A DNA stretch of 64,000 bases from Acidobacteriota bacterium (GTDB lineage Bacteria > Acidobacteriota > Terriglobia > Terriglobales > SCQP01): NCBI GenBank assembly GCA_027459505.1, contig DAIDIE010000021.1, forward strand, positions 16,803-80,802. Reading direction: 5' to 3'. Made by a program: the position numbers and the translations under genes. Below, one piece after another: positions 28,501 through 37,397 of the stretch. The notes under the pieces were generated by a model. It ran no database searches and was not told the DNA's origin. It was given only the letters and a program-made list of their open reading frames with translations. How positions within the stretch are numbered: position 1 is the first letter of the stretch; the number at the start of each line of letters is the position of its first letter.

Positions 28501-29379
28501 TTTGGCGGCCTGACGCTTCAACGACGCCACTTGCTTGGTGACTTCTTCGAAGATGTCATTGATCCGGTTCAGATTCTGGCGTGCCGATTCCAACCGCGCC
28601 TCGGCCAGCTTTTTCTTGGCCTTGTACTTGGTGACGCCCGCGGCTTCTTCGATAATCGCGCGGCGGTCGTGCGGCTTGGAGCTGAGAATCTGCCCAATAC
28701 GCCCCTGCTCGATGATCGCGTAAGAGTCGGGGCCGAGACCGGTTCCCATGAACAGGTCCTGGATGTCGCGCAGCCGGCACGGGCGCCCGTTCATCAAATA
28801 TTCGCTCTCGCCGCTGCGGTAAAGACGGCGCGTGACGACAATTTCGCCGGGCCGGTTATTGGCGATGAACTTGCGCCGTTTGCGGATGGTGAGGACGACG
28901 CCGTTGCCGTTCGCGGCGGCTTGTCCCTCGGAGCCCTGCCCGGCTTCCGCGCCTGCGGGGGCGGCCAGCACTTCTTCCATCTCTTCGCTATCGCCTTCCG
29001 CAAGTTCTTCACCCTGGGCGGCGGCCGCCTGCGCGGTCTGGGAGCTGGCCTCGTCCCAGTCGTCATGCACCTGAATCAGGGGCGGCTCGTCTTCCGGTCC
29101 GGAGTAATCTTCCGGATTCACCAGGGTCAGACTGACTTCCGCCAGGCCTGTGGCGGCGCGGTCGCGGCTGCCCGCAAAGATCACATCTTCCATCCGCTGC
29201 CCGCGCAGCGACTTGGCCGATTGCTCGCCCAGAACCCAGCTCACCGCGTCCGCGAGGTTGGATTTGCCGCAGCCATTGGGGCCCACGATGCCGACTATCC
29301 CGCTTCCGGGGAAAACCAGCTCCGTGCGATCACAGAAGGATTTGAAGCCAAGAACCTGCAACTTCTTTATTTTCAGCAT
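25537..29379 (-). CDS. smc: chromosome segregation protein SMC
   Basis: N-terminal FKSF...GPNGCGKSNLADA Walker A, long coiled coils, a hinge, and a C-terminal LSGGEKAMTAMALL...LDEVDAPLD. Confidence 0.95.
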   Translation of the reverse strand: MLKIKKLQVLGFKSFCDRTELVFPGSGIVGIVGPNGCGKSNLADAVSWVLGEQSAKSLRGQRMEDVIFAGSRDRAATGLAEVSLTLVNPEDYSGPEDEPPLIQVHDDWDEASSQTAQAAAAQGEELAEGDSEEMEEVLAAPAGAEAGQGSEGQAAANGNGVVLTIRKRRKFIANNRPGEIVVTRRLYRSGESEYLMNGRPCRLRDIQDLFMGTGLGPDSYAIIEQGRIGQILSSKPHDRRAIIEEAAGVTKYKAKKKLAEARLESARQNLNRINDIFEEVTKQVASLKRQAAKAQRYAELKAESDQHLRRLFASKADALQEQHTRVSAEHEQDRAALEAAQTGLDQAEATRAEWFQRASQVEQELRQLTEDSGKLAMELDRAERQIVFNSEQARELENRTRGFEEELSRLAEQRAAAQQELKSAEEARTAVLAEAQAARAAYQEQRAAGENESRAARELEQKADQARRRVLGLLGQISSFGNQVVQAETVIANLERQLARLDQEKQTADQELDALGVRRGQLDLEFQGQREELEQVVQEIGKLERRVSELRQNEAVSRKQLDAARAELSEIVGRRRSIEQIVAHHGYSTEAVKKLFASGAAKDKFHAMGVLADFLEVEGSYEAVVEEFLRDELNYVVVHDWNDAQSGLGVLQTDVQGRATFLVHPQDGQYKMFDLPQHLESQGIPESPNPIPLKSCVRVLNGFGKSLEHLLPKLGSGYIVPDPAVARQMATQNPQAFFLTAGGECFHNHTVSGGTHSGAGPLTLKRELRELGRREGEVSETIQRIETQLSGIAQELQVTQHDLDRLRARRHELDKQILTSGQGLKQLENEVRRLQERLRLHTVELERGRAERTQGMNRLESLQAQRQQAEQDKAAAEAEEIQINADIAEVRLRRDQAVQRVAEAQSRLAMLEERSRGAQEAFQRLEHQQRDLLNRSNQIHSDLERANQQREQLLSSSGELGEKVQQLRLRRDEAEQQRQALEQERVEARARAAELEAGVKAARDAVNALRDRFSELEVALARLQADAEHVTETCRNELNIEITELQADETIVRAAAEEMADLEQAARAIRTKIEHLGPVNMMALEEYQETQTRHQFLETQRKDLLDSIADTQKAIQEIDQISRQQFNEAFEKINAYFQESFKVLFGGGQGFLKLTDAENDPESGVDIVAQPPGKKLQNALLLSGGEKAMTAMALLLSVFQYQPSPFCVLDEVDAPLDEANVSRFSAMVRKMSEQTQFIIITHNKRTMEIAPLLYGVTMQQAGVSRLVSVNMEGKSERASA

Positions 29380-29774
29380 GATGTCTCCAGCGCCGCGGCT
29401 GACCGCCGCCGCCTCCCGCAGGGAAAGCAGCTACAACTCAGCTAGGAGGGCATAGTAACGAGGAGCACGGGGAGAATCAAGAGGAAAAACACTACTAATT
29501 GTGGCCTGTGGAAAACGCCACAATATGCTGGACACGGGTACTGCTTTGTGTCTACAGGCGCAGGGGGAACCGCCCCAAAGACCATGGCGGACGGTTGAGT
29601 CACTGCAGAAGTTAGATTTTCCCGTAAAAGAAGACCAGAGCTGGGGCGAGTATAGTCCAGCTCCCGCCCGCAAGGAACCCCTTTGTCGAGCGGGCTCTGC
29701 CCTAGCCGGCAGCAGCTTTTTACCTGACTTGCGGCGGCCGCCCCTGGTTGTGTTCCGCCCCGTGACAGTTCAGC

Positions 29775-32051
29775 ATGGTGCCTATGCAAGATGCCGCGGG
29801 CTCGGCCGCAACGACTTCCTCTGAGCAGGGAAAGCCTTCCAGCTCCCGGATTCTGGAAAGATTCTGTCGCGCGCTGATTTTTCTGATCAGCCGAACGGTG
29901 TACCGTCTGCGAGTGATTGGACTGGCGAACCTCCCTCTTCAGGGTGGGGCGTTACTGGCTTCCAATCACTTGTCGTTGGTGGATGCCGTGCTGCTGCAGG
30001 CTGCCGTGCCGCGCCCCATCCGCTTCCTGATTTTTCGCGAGTACTACGATCACTGGCTGTTGCGGCCTCTGGCGCAAGCCATGGGGGCCATTCCCATCTC
30101 ATCGCAAATGGGCGCCCGGGAAATGCTCACGGCTTTGCGTACTGCCAGCAATGCGGTTGCCGCCGGAGATTTAGTGTGCATTTTCGCCGAAGGCGAAATC
30201 ACCCGCATTGGACAAACCCTCAGTTTCCGCCGGGGATTGGAACGCATTATGGCGCGTGCCAGCGAGCCGATCATCCCCGTTCACCTGGATGGTTTGTGGG
30301 GCAGCATTTTTAGTCTGCAGCCCGGACACGCGCTCTGGCGCCGGCCGCAGCGGCTGCCGTTCCCGGTAACGGTGAGCTTTGGCGCGGCACTGCCCCCGCA
30401 GACCAGCGCCGCGGTAGTCCGGCAGAAAGTGCAGGAACTGGCCTCGGATGCTTTTGTTTACCGCAAAGCGGCCATGCTGCCGCTGGGCCGCGCATTTATC
30501 CGCACCGCTCGCCGCGAAGGACGCGCCTTTTTCCTGGCCGATGCGCAGACCGAGAAAGTCAGCTTCGCTGGCGCCCTCATCAAGATGATCTTCCTCGCGC
30601 GGCGCCTGGCGCCGCAGTGGCGCGGGCAGCGGATGGTGGGGATTCTGCTGCCGCCCTCTCCCGCGGGTGCGCTGGTCAATTTGGCTGCCTTAGTCATGGG
30701 AAAAGTCCCCATCAACCTCAATTACACTGCCTCCGCCGGAGCGCTCCGGAGTTGCATCGAGCAATGTGAGTTGCAGACCATCATCAGCTCCCGGGCCTTT
30801 CTGGAGCGGGTGCCGCTGGACTTGCCGCTGGCGCCACTGCCCCTGGAAGATCTGGCGGCCAATCCTCGCCTGCGGGAAAAGCTCACCGCTCTTTTGCTGG
30901 CCCGGTTGGCGCCGGTGCGATTGCTGGAACGCGCCTTGGGCCTGCGCCAGCGAGTGCGAATGGATGATTTGGCAACTGTCATTTTTTCCAGTGGAAGCAC
31001 GGGGGAACCCAAAGGCGTCATGCTGTCGCACTTCAACATTGCCGCCAATGGCGAGCAACTGTTTCAGTCCTTCCGCCTGGAAGAAAACGACCGCTTCATG
31101 GGGATTTTGCCGTTTTTCCATTCCTTCGGCTTCACCGTGACCCTCTGCCTGCCAGCGGTCTACGGCCTGGGAGTGATTTTTTATCCCAACCCGCTGGACG
31201 CGAAGATGATTGGGGAACTCGCCCGCACCCGGCGCGCCACCATTCTGGTGGGCACTCCTACCTTTTTGCAGACCTATGCCCGCCGCTGCGAAGCGGGAGA
31301 TTTCGGCAGCCTGCGCCTGGTCATCGCGGGAGCGGAAAAAATGCCGGAGCGAATCGCTAACCTGTTCGAGGATCGTTTTGGCATACGGCCGCTGGAGGGC
31401 TACGGCTGCACCGAGTGCTCCCCCGTGGTGGCGGCGAACACGCTTCCGTACCGCGCGGCGGGATATGTGCAGACCGGCGCGCGCCGCGGCACCGTTGGCC
31501 GGCCGCTACCAGGCATCAGCGTCAAATTGGTCGATCCGGAAACGCGGCTGCCCTGCCCAGCGGGATCCAGCGGATTGCTGCTGGTACGCGGCCCCAACGT
31601 GATGCAGGGCTACCTCAAAGAACCGGAAAAGACCGCTGCCGTGCTGCAGCAGGGCTGGTACAACACCGGCGATCTGGCCACGATGGATGATGACGGTTTT
31701 CTCACCTTGTCTGACCGGCTCAGCCGTTTTAGCAAGATCGGCGGCGAGATGGTACCCCACCTCAAGGTCGAGGAACTGCTGCACAGTTTAAGTGGGCCGG
31801 AAGGTGGCAGCTTTGTGGTGACCTCGATTGTCGATGAACAAAAAGGCGAGAAGCTGGTCGTGCTGCACACGCTTGGCCTCGGCAAGTTGCGCCAGTTACA
31901 GGAGCAATTGGCGGCCACTGATCTTCCTAACCTGTGGCGTCCGCGGCAGTTCGTCTTTGTTGAATCACTCCCCTATCTGGGCAGCGGCAAAGTCGACCTG
32001 CGGCGCGCCCGCGAGGTGGCGCAACAACACCAGTTGGCTCACAAAAAATGA
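29775..32051 (+). CDS. bifunctional lysophospholipid acyltransferase / acyl-(ACP) synthetase (Aas-like fusion)
   Basis: N-terminal PlsC motif NHLSLVDAVLL...FAEGEITR. C-terminal adenylate-forming domain (FSSGSTGEPKGV, GYGCTE, YNTGD...DRLSRFSKIGGEMV). Confidence 0.85.
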   Translation: MVPMQDAAGSAATTSSEQGKPSSSRILERFCRALIFLISRTVYRLRVIGLANLPLQGGALLASNHLSLVDAVLLQAAVPRPIRFLIFREYYDHWLLRPLAQAMGAIPISSQMGAREMLTALRTASNAVAAGDLVCIFAEGEITRIGQTLSFRRGLERIMARASEPIIPVHLDGLWGSIFSLQPGHALWRRPQRLPFPVTVSFGAALPPQTSAAVVRQKVQELASDAFVYRKAAMLPLGRAFIRTARREGRAFFLADAQTEKVSFAGALIKMIFLARRLAPQWRGQRMVGILLPPSPAGALVNLAALVMGKVPINLNYTASAGALRSCIEQCELQTIISSRAFLERVPLDLPLAPLPLEDLAANPRLREKLTALLLARLAPVRLLERALGLRQRVRMDDLATVIFSSGSTGEPKGVMLSHFNIAANGEQLFQSFRLEENDRFMGILPFFHSFGFTVTLCLPAVYGLGVIFYPNPLDAKMIGELARTRRATILVGTPTFLQTYARRCEAGDFGSLRLVIAGAEKMPERIANLFEDRFGIRPLEGYGCTECSPVVAANTLPYRAAGYVQTGARRGTVGRPLPGISVKLVDPETRLPCPAGSSGLLLVRGPNVMQGYLKEPEKTAAVLQQGWYNTGDLATMDDDGFLTLSDRLSRFSKIGGEMVPHLKVEELLHSLSGPEGGSFVVTSIVDEQKGEKLVVLHTLGLGKLRQLQEQLAATDLPNLWRPRQFVFVESLPYLGSGKVDLRRAREVAQQHQLAHKK

Positions 32052-32171
32052 AGGAATGCGGCAGCGACGTTAATGAAGCAATGGCGGCCTTTAAGGGAGA
32101 CCACACCAAAAGCTCCTCACAACGGCTATTATATTGCTGCAGTAAATCTCAGACAGTCGACAGGACATTCC

Positions 32172-34379
32172 ATGAGTCGAATTCGCTCGGCTGGCGCGGC
32201 TGCGCTTGCCTCTATGTCGTTGCTGGTGCTGCCCGCGTTAGCGCAGCATCGTCCCCACAAAAGCAAGCCGCAAGCCATCTCAGAGCCGTGGATGAACCGC
32301 CAGCTCAGCCCCGATCAGCGCGCCGAACTGGTGCTGAAGCAACTCACGCTGGACGAAAAAATCGCCTTGGTACATGGCAATGGGATGCCGGGCTGGGGAC
32401 CGCAGCGGCCCAATGCTTATCTCGGCAATGGCGGAGCCGGTTTTGTCCTGGGCGTCGCGCGCCTGGGCATTCCCATGATTCAGATGAGCGACGCCGCTTA
32501 TGGCGTGCGCAGCAGCGCGGCGAATGGACGCTACTCGACGGCGCTGCCCTCCAATCTGGGTTCGGCTGCGAGTTGGGATCCGCAGGCGGCCTGCGCCTAC
32601 GGCGCCCTGATTGGGCGCGAACTGCGCGCGCAGGGCTACAACATGACGCTGGGCGGCGGCGTGAACCTCACCCGTGAGCCCCGCGATGGCCGCACCTTCG
32701 AATACATGGGTGAGGATCCGGTCCTGGCTGGCACCATGGTGGGCAATCGCATCCGCTGTGAACAGGCACAACACGTCATCGGCGACATCAAGCATTACGC
32801 CATCAACGACCAGGAAAGTGGCCGTAACGAGGTCAATGCCATCATCAGCAGGAGGGCGATGCGCGAAACCGATCTGCTCGCCTTCCAGATCGGTATTTCC
32901 ATTGGCCATCCCGGCGCGGTGATGTGTTCCTACAACGCCGTCAACGGCGACTTCGCCTGCCAGAACAAATACCTGCTCACCGACGTGCTCAAGCGCGATT
33001 GGAAGTTTCCCGGATTCGTTGTTTCCGACTGGGGAGGAACGCACAGCACGATTCGCGCCTCCAACGCCGGCCTGGATAATGAAGAGCCGCTGGACGACTA
33101 CTATGGCGCGCGGCTCAAGCGGGATGTGCTCGCCGGCAAGGTCCCGATGGCGCAGCTCAACGACCATGTGCGCCGCATTCTGCGCTCGGAATTTGCCAGC
33201 GGCATTGTCGATCACCCCACGCAAAAAAGCGTTGTGGACGTCTTCGGCGATCTGGCCATTGCACGCCATATTGAAGAAAACAGCATTGTGCTGCTGAAAA
33301 ATCAGGGGGCGATTCTGCCCCTGAACGCAAGCAGTCTGCGCAGCATTGCCGTGATTGGCGAGCACGCCGACACCGGCATGATCTCCGGCGGTGGCTCCGC
33401 CCAGGTCGATCCGCCGGGCGCCACCTCTCCGCCCTGGCTATCCCATGTGTGGTTCCCCACCTCGCCATTGAAGGCGATCCGGGAACAAGCGCCGCGGGCA
33501 ACTGTGCAGTTCAACTCGGGAAGCGATCCGGCGGCCGCAGCCGCCCTGGCCGCCAAATCGCAGGTGGCGATTGTTTTTGCCCACCAGTGGTCGAGCGAAG
33601 GCATGGACCTGAAGAGTCTTGAGCTGCCCGGCAATCAGGACACGCTCATTGAACAGGTGGCCAAAGCCAACCCCAACACCATTGTGGTCGTCGAGAGCGC
33701 AACCGCGGTGACCATGCCGTGGGTCAACAAGGTAAAGGGCATTGTCGAGGTCTGGTTCGCCGGCAGCGACGGACACCACGCGATGGCGAACGTCCTCTTC
33801 GGCAAGGTCAACCCCAGCGCCAAGCTCCCTATCACCTTCCCGCTGAGCGTGGCCGATCTGCCACACCCGCACATCGTACAACCGCCGCCCCACGCCCAGG
33901 GCGCCGCGCCGGTCATGAAGAAGGGGACCGACAAGCCCACCTTCAACGTTCATTACAACGAGGGATTGCTGGTCGGCTACAAATGGTACGACGCCAAGCA
34001 CAAACCGGTGTTGTTCCCCTTTGGTTATGGCCTCTCCTACACCACCTACGCTTATTCCAACCTGAGCGCCGATCCTCAAGTCCGCAGCGTCAGCTTCACG
34101 GTTAAAAACACCGGCGCCCGTGCCGGAGTGGAAATCGCCGAGGTCTACGCTTCGCTGCCGGCAACCGCCAACGAGCCGCCTAAACGGCTGGTAGGCTGGA
34201 GCCGGGTCAGCCTGGCCCCCGGACAAAGCAAGACAGTCACGGTGGCCATCAAGCCGCTCTACCTTTCCGTCTATAATTCGGCCACTGATCAGTGGAAAGA
34301 AGTGCCCGGAACCTACACCTTGCGCGTCGGTGGCTCCTCGGCGAGTTTGCCGCTGACCGCCTCCTTCAACCTGCAGTAA
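32172..34379 (+). CDS. glycoside hydrolase family 3 (beta-glucosidase-like)
   Basis: Signal peptide MSRIRSAGAAALASMSLLVLPALA from ATG 32172. GFVVSDWGG nucleophile motif and a C-terminal Fn3-like domain. Confidence 0.9.
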   Translation: MSRIRSAGAAALASMSLLVLPALAQHRPHKSKPQAISEPWMNRQLSPDQRAELVLKQLTLDEKIALVHGNGMPGWGPQRPNAYLGNGGAGFVLGVARLGIPMIQMSDAAYGVRSSAANGRYSTALPSNLGSAASWDPQAACAYGALIGRELRAQGYNMTLGGGVNLTREPRDGRTFEYMGEDPVLAGTMVGNRIRCEQAQHVIGDIKHYAINDQESGRNEVNAIISRRAMRETDLLAFQIGISIGHPGAVMCSYNAVNGDFACQNKYLLTDVLKRDWKFPGFVVSDWGGTHSTIRASNAGLDNEEPLDDYYGARLKRDVLAGKVPMAQLNDHVRRILRSEFASGIVDHPTQKSVVDVFGDLAIARHIEENSIVLLKNQGAILPLNASSLRSIAVIGEHADTGMISGGGSAQVDPPGATSPPWLSHVWFPTSPLKAIREQAPRATVQFNSGSDPAAAAALAAKSQVAIVFAHQWSSEGMDLKSLELPGNQDTLIEQVAKANPNTIVVVESATAVTMPWVNKVKGIVEVWFAGSDGHHAMANVLFGKVNPSAKLPITFPLSVADLPHPHIVQPPPHAQGAAPVMKKGTDKPTFNVHYNEGLLVGYKWYDAKHKPVLFPFGYGLSYTTYAYSNLSADPQVRSVSFTVKNTGARAGVEIAEVYASLPATANEPPKRLVGWSRVSLAPGQSKTVTVAIKPLYLSVYNSATDQWKEVPGTYTLRVGGSSASLPLTASFNLQ

Positions 34380-34400
34380 CACTTCCGCCATGCGGAAGCA

Positions 34401-34455
34401 CAACATGCCCAGTCCCCCTTCTGCACGCAGACGGGGGCTGGGCATGTTGCTTTTC
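34401..34455 (+). terminator. intrinsic terminator of the GH3 gene
   Basis: Stem CAACATGCCCAG(T)CCCCC / GGGGGCTGGGCATGTTG followed by CTTTTC. Confidence 0.7.
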
Positions 34456-34611
34456 GCGCACGTCCCAAGTTCAGGATCTTCCGATAATTGCTGACTGCCA
34501 CTGCTGGGGTGCTTGGTGTTCCGCGCTTCTCGTGGCGAACTGGGCTATGCTGTAGCTAACGAAGTTGGAGTGCTCGCAAAATCGGACTCCAGCCGGCCGG
34601 GAATTGCAGCC

Positions 34612-35319
34612 ATGCCCCGTCCCGAACTCCTTCCCCTATTCCCGCTTCAACTGGTGCTGCTACCCGCGGCAGTTCTGCCTCTGCACATCTTTGAAGAGCG
34701 CTACAAGGCAATGATTACCGTCTGTCTCCGTGAGGAGCGGTCTTTCGGCGTCGTCTGGGCGCAGGACGACGGCATCGCGCGTGTCGGCTGCAGCGCGGTG
34801 GTGGACCGGGTGCTCAAGCGCTACGAAGACGGACGAATGGATATTCTGGTACACGGCTCGGAACGGTTCGCCATCCTCTCCGTCGATAGCGCCTCGGAGG
34901 CCTTTCTCCAGGGCCGGGTTGAGTTCTTTCATGACGAAGGTGAAGCTGAAACTTTTTCCGCAGAGCTGCGCGGCAAGGTGGCGGAACTGCATGGCAAGAT
35001 TCTGCAACTTTTGCAAGCAGAGCCACCCAGTGAACCTTCTGACGCCGAAGCCTCTGGCACTCCCGAAAACGAGGAGGCAACAATCGAAACCGTCTACATC
35101 GATCCCGAGACGCTGGGCGAAATGGATGCCGCCTTCATCATGGCCGACCAGCTTCCTGGCGAATGGGAACTAAAGCAGCGGCTTTTGTTGGCGCGCAGTC
35201 CGCAGGATCGCCTGCGTCTGCTGCTGCAACACTACAACGCTTTGTTGCCGCGGCTGCTCGGCAAAGAGCACATCGAGAAAGTGGCTGGCTTGAATGGCCA
35301 CGGCCGGTTGGCGCCCTGA
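34612..35319 (+). CDS. LON N-terminal (substrate-binding) domain protein
   Basis: LPLFPLQLVLLPAAVLPLHIFEERYKAMI is the classic Lon N-domain start. No AAA or protease domain follows. Confidence 0.75.
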   Translation: MPRPELLPLFPLQLVLLPAAVLPLHIFEERYKAMITVCLREERSFGVVWAQDDGIARVGCSAVVDRVLKRYEDGRMDILVHGSERFAILSVDSASEAFLQGRVEFFHDEGEAETFSAELRGKVAELHGKILQLLQAEPPSEPSDAEASGTPENEEATIETVYIDPETLGEMDAAFIMADQLPGEWELKQRLLLARSPQDRLRLLLQHYNALLPRLLGKEHIEKVAGLNGHGRLAP

Positions 35320-35546
35320 CCAGGGACGGAGAATCCATGGTGTCCCGTAGCTAAACCGGCTGATTCTCGCGCGCCATTGGCACCTCCCAAGCGGATCCCG
35401 TGGATGGTCGGGGTCCGCAGACCGCCTGTGTGGAAACGCGCTGACCAGTCAAGTCGGCGGCACGCGTTTTGACAGCCTGATCCCCCAAAACCGGCCAGAT
35501 TCTCGTCACGGCTTCCAAGCCGCCAATCCTTTTTTGAGGTGAGCCC

Positions 35547-37217
35547 GTGCCCAGTCCCGATAACAACGGAAACAACCTTCGCGGCAAAAGCGTGAACGGC
35601 GCCACTCCGGTGCCTCAGGAGCGTGCCCTCCGCTTCACTACCTGGGGAGAACTGCGCCAGACGCCCGGCTTTGACCTGCAGCGGCTCAAGCAACGGCGGG
35701 TGAAAGACGAGATGCGCGAGAACCTCCTGCGCCTGCTGCGCAGCGGCGAAACTATTTTTCCTGGTATTGTGGGCTACGACGACACGGTCCTTCCGCAGGT
35801 CATCAACGCCATTCTTTCGCGGCATAACTTCATCCTGCTGGGATTGCGCGGACAGGCTAAGACCCGCCTGCTACGTAGCCTGACGCGCCTGCTTGATGCG
35901 GAAATGCCAGCGGTGGCCGGTTGCGAGATCCGCGACAACCCCGCCGCTCCCCTCTGCGCCCGCTGCCGGGCGTTGCTTGCCAAGCAGGGCGATGACACGC
36001 CCATCGTCATGATTCCCGCCCCGCAGCGCTACATCGAGAAACTTGCCACTCCAGACGTGACCATCGCCGATCTCATTGGCGACATCGACCCCATCAAAGC
36101 GGCCCGCGGCGGCCACGACCTGGCCAGCGAACTCACCATTCATTACGGGTTACTGCCCCGCGCCCATCGCGGCATCTTCGCCGTTAACGAACTGCCCGAC
36201 CTGGCCGGAAAAATCCAGGTGGGCTTATTCAATATCATGCAGGAGGGAGACGTACAGATTAAAGGCTATCCGGTGCGCCTGCCTCTCGATCTGGCACTGG
36301 TTTTCAGCGCCAACCCGGAGGACTACACCGCCCGCGGCAAAATCGTGACTCCACTGAAGGACCGCATTGGCAGCGAGATCCGTACCCACTACCCGGCCAG
36401 CATCGAAGAGGGCATGGCGATCACACTGCAGGAGTCGGAACTGGAACGCGGTGGCGCTCCGGTTGTATTACCTGATTTTGTCCGGGAGGTTATTGAAGCG
36501 GTTGCTTTCTGTGCCCGCGAGGACAAACGCGTTGACCAGCGCTCTGGCGTAAGCCAACGGCTGGCCATTAGCTGCCTGGAGAACACCGTCTCCAACGCCG
36601 AACGGCGCGCCTTGCTGAGTGGCGACGATCCGGCGGTGCCGCGCCTGCTGGATGTGCACAGTTCCCTGCCCGCTCTCACCGGCAAGATTGAGCTGGAGTA
36701 TGAGGGCGAAATGAAAGGGGCGGAAGTGATTGCCCGCGACCTCATCCGCGCCGCCACCGCGAGGGTTTTCAACCGCATATTCACGCTGCAGCCCGCCGAG
36801 CCCACGACAACTCCGGTTGAAGAGTGGGAGAGTTACAGCGGCATGCGGCGCGCCGCCTCCGCCAACACGCGCGATAGCCGCTCGCGCATTCCTCTGCCCG
36901 AGGGCCTTGAACAGGTAGTGCAGTGGTTTGACCTGGGCGGCACGTTGGATCTGGCGGAAGCGGTGCCCGCCCACAAGCTACTGCCGGCCCTGCAACAGAT
37001 CAATGGGCTGGAGCGGCAACTCAAAGTCCTCGGGGTGAAGAACTCCGACCCCGCCGGGGTCAAAGTTGCCGCGGCGGAGTTCATCCTGGAAGGATTGTGG
37101 GCGCATAAGCGCATCAGCCGCAAGGTCGGCGTCGGCTACCACTCCGAACCAACGCGCCGGGAGGCGGCAACCGCACGCAACGAGAACCCCGGCCGCAATC
37201 GCCGGCCGCTGAACTAG
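35547..37217 (+). CDS. ChlI/MoxR-like AAA+ ATPase with variant Walker A
   Basis: GIVGYDD..., P-loop GLRGQAKT (Ala where the canonical second Gly sits), Walker B-like IFAVNELPDL. Paired with the downstream VWA gene. Confidence 0.8.
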   Translation: MPSPDNNGNNLRGKSVNGATPVPQERALRFTTWGELRQTPGFDLQRLKQRRVKDEMRENLLRLLRSGETIFPGIVGYDDTVLPQVINAILSRHNFILLGLRGQAKTRLLRSLTRLLDAEMPAVAGCEIRDNPAAPLCARCRALLAKQGDDTPIVMIPAPQRYIEKLATPDVTIADLIGDIDPIKAARGGHDLASELTIHYGLLPRAHRGIFAVNELPDLAGKIQVGLFNIMQEGDVQIKGYPVRLPLDLALVFSANPEDYTARGKIVTPLKDRIGSEIRTHYPASIEEGMAITLQESELERGGAPVVLPDFVREVIEAVAFCAREDKRVDQRSGVSQRLAISCLENTVSNAERRALLSGDDPAVPRLLDVHSSLPALTGKIELEYEGEMKGAEVIARDLIRAATARVFNRIFTLQPAEPTTTPVEEWESYSGMRRAASANTRDSRSRIPLPEGLEQVVQWFDLGGTLDLAEAVPAHKLLPALQQINGLERQLKVLGVKNSDPAGVKVAAAEFILEGLWAHKRISRKVGVGYHSEPTRREAATARNENPGRNRRPLN

Positions 37218-37387
37218 CGGCACGGCCGCTTTTATTCCACTGCTTCGTCGTCCGGCCGAAGCCGACGGGTGGTGGCCGCGCTTTACAAGTGGCCAGCGGT
37301 GCGGGACCTAACGGCAACCCCGGACGTTGGCTATTACTTCGGCCTGCGATCTCGAACTCGAAAACAGTTCGAGTCGGCCCTGGCTCG
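37217..37387 (+). repeat. structured intergenic repeat, copy C
   Basis: Fills the whole AAA+/VWA spacer. Its first G is the G of the AAA+ gene's TAG stop, and its 3' end lies 10 nt before the VWA ATG. Confidence 0.9.
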
Positions 37388-37397
37388 CTGAGGCGAC

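Noticed and set aside
26734-29445. 903-aa ORF on the + strand
   Set aside because: It lies entirely antisense to smc, which has unmistakable SMC motifs. Its translation is low-complexity and Arg/Gly/Leu-rich, a typical shadow ORF of GC-rich DNA.
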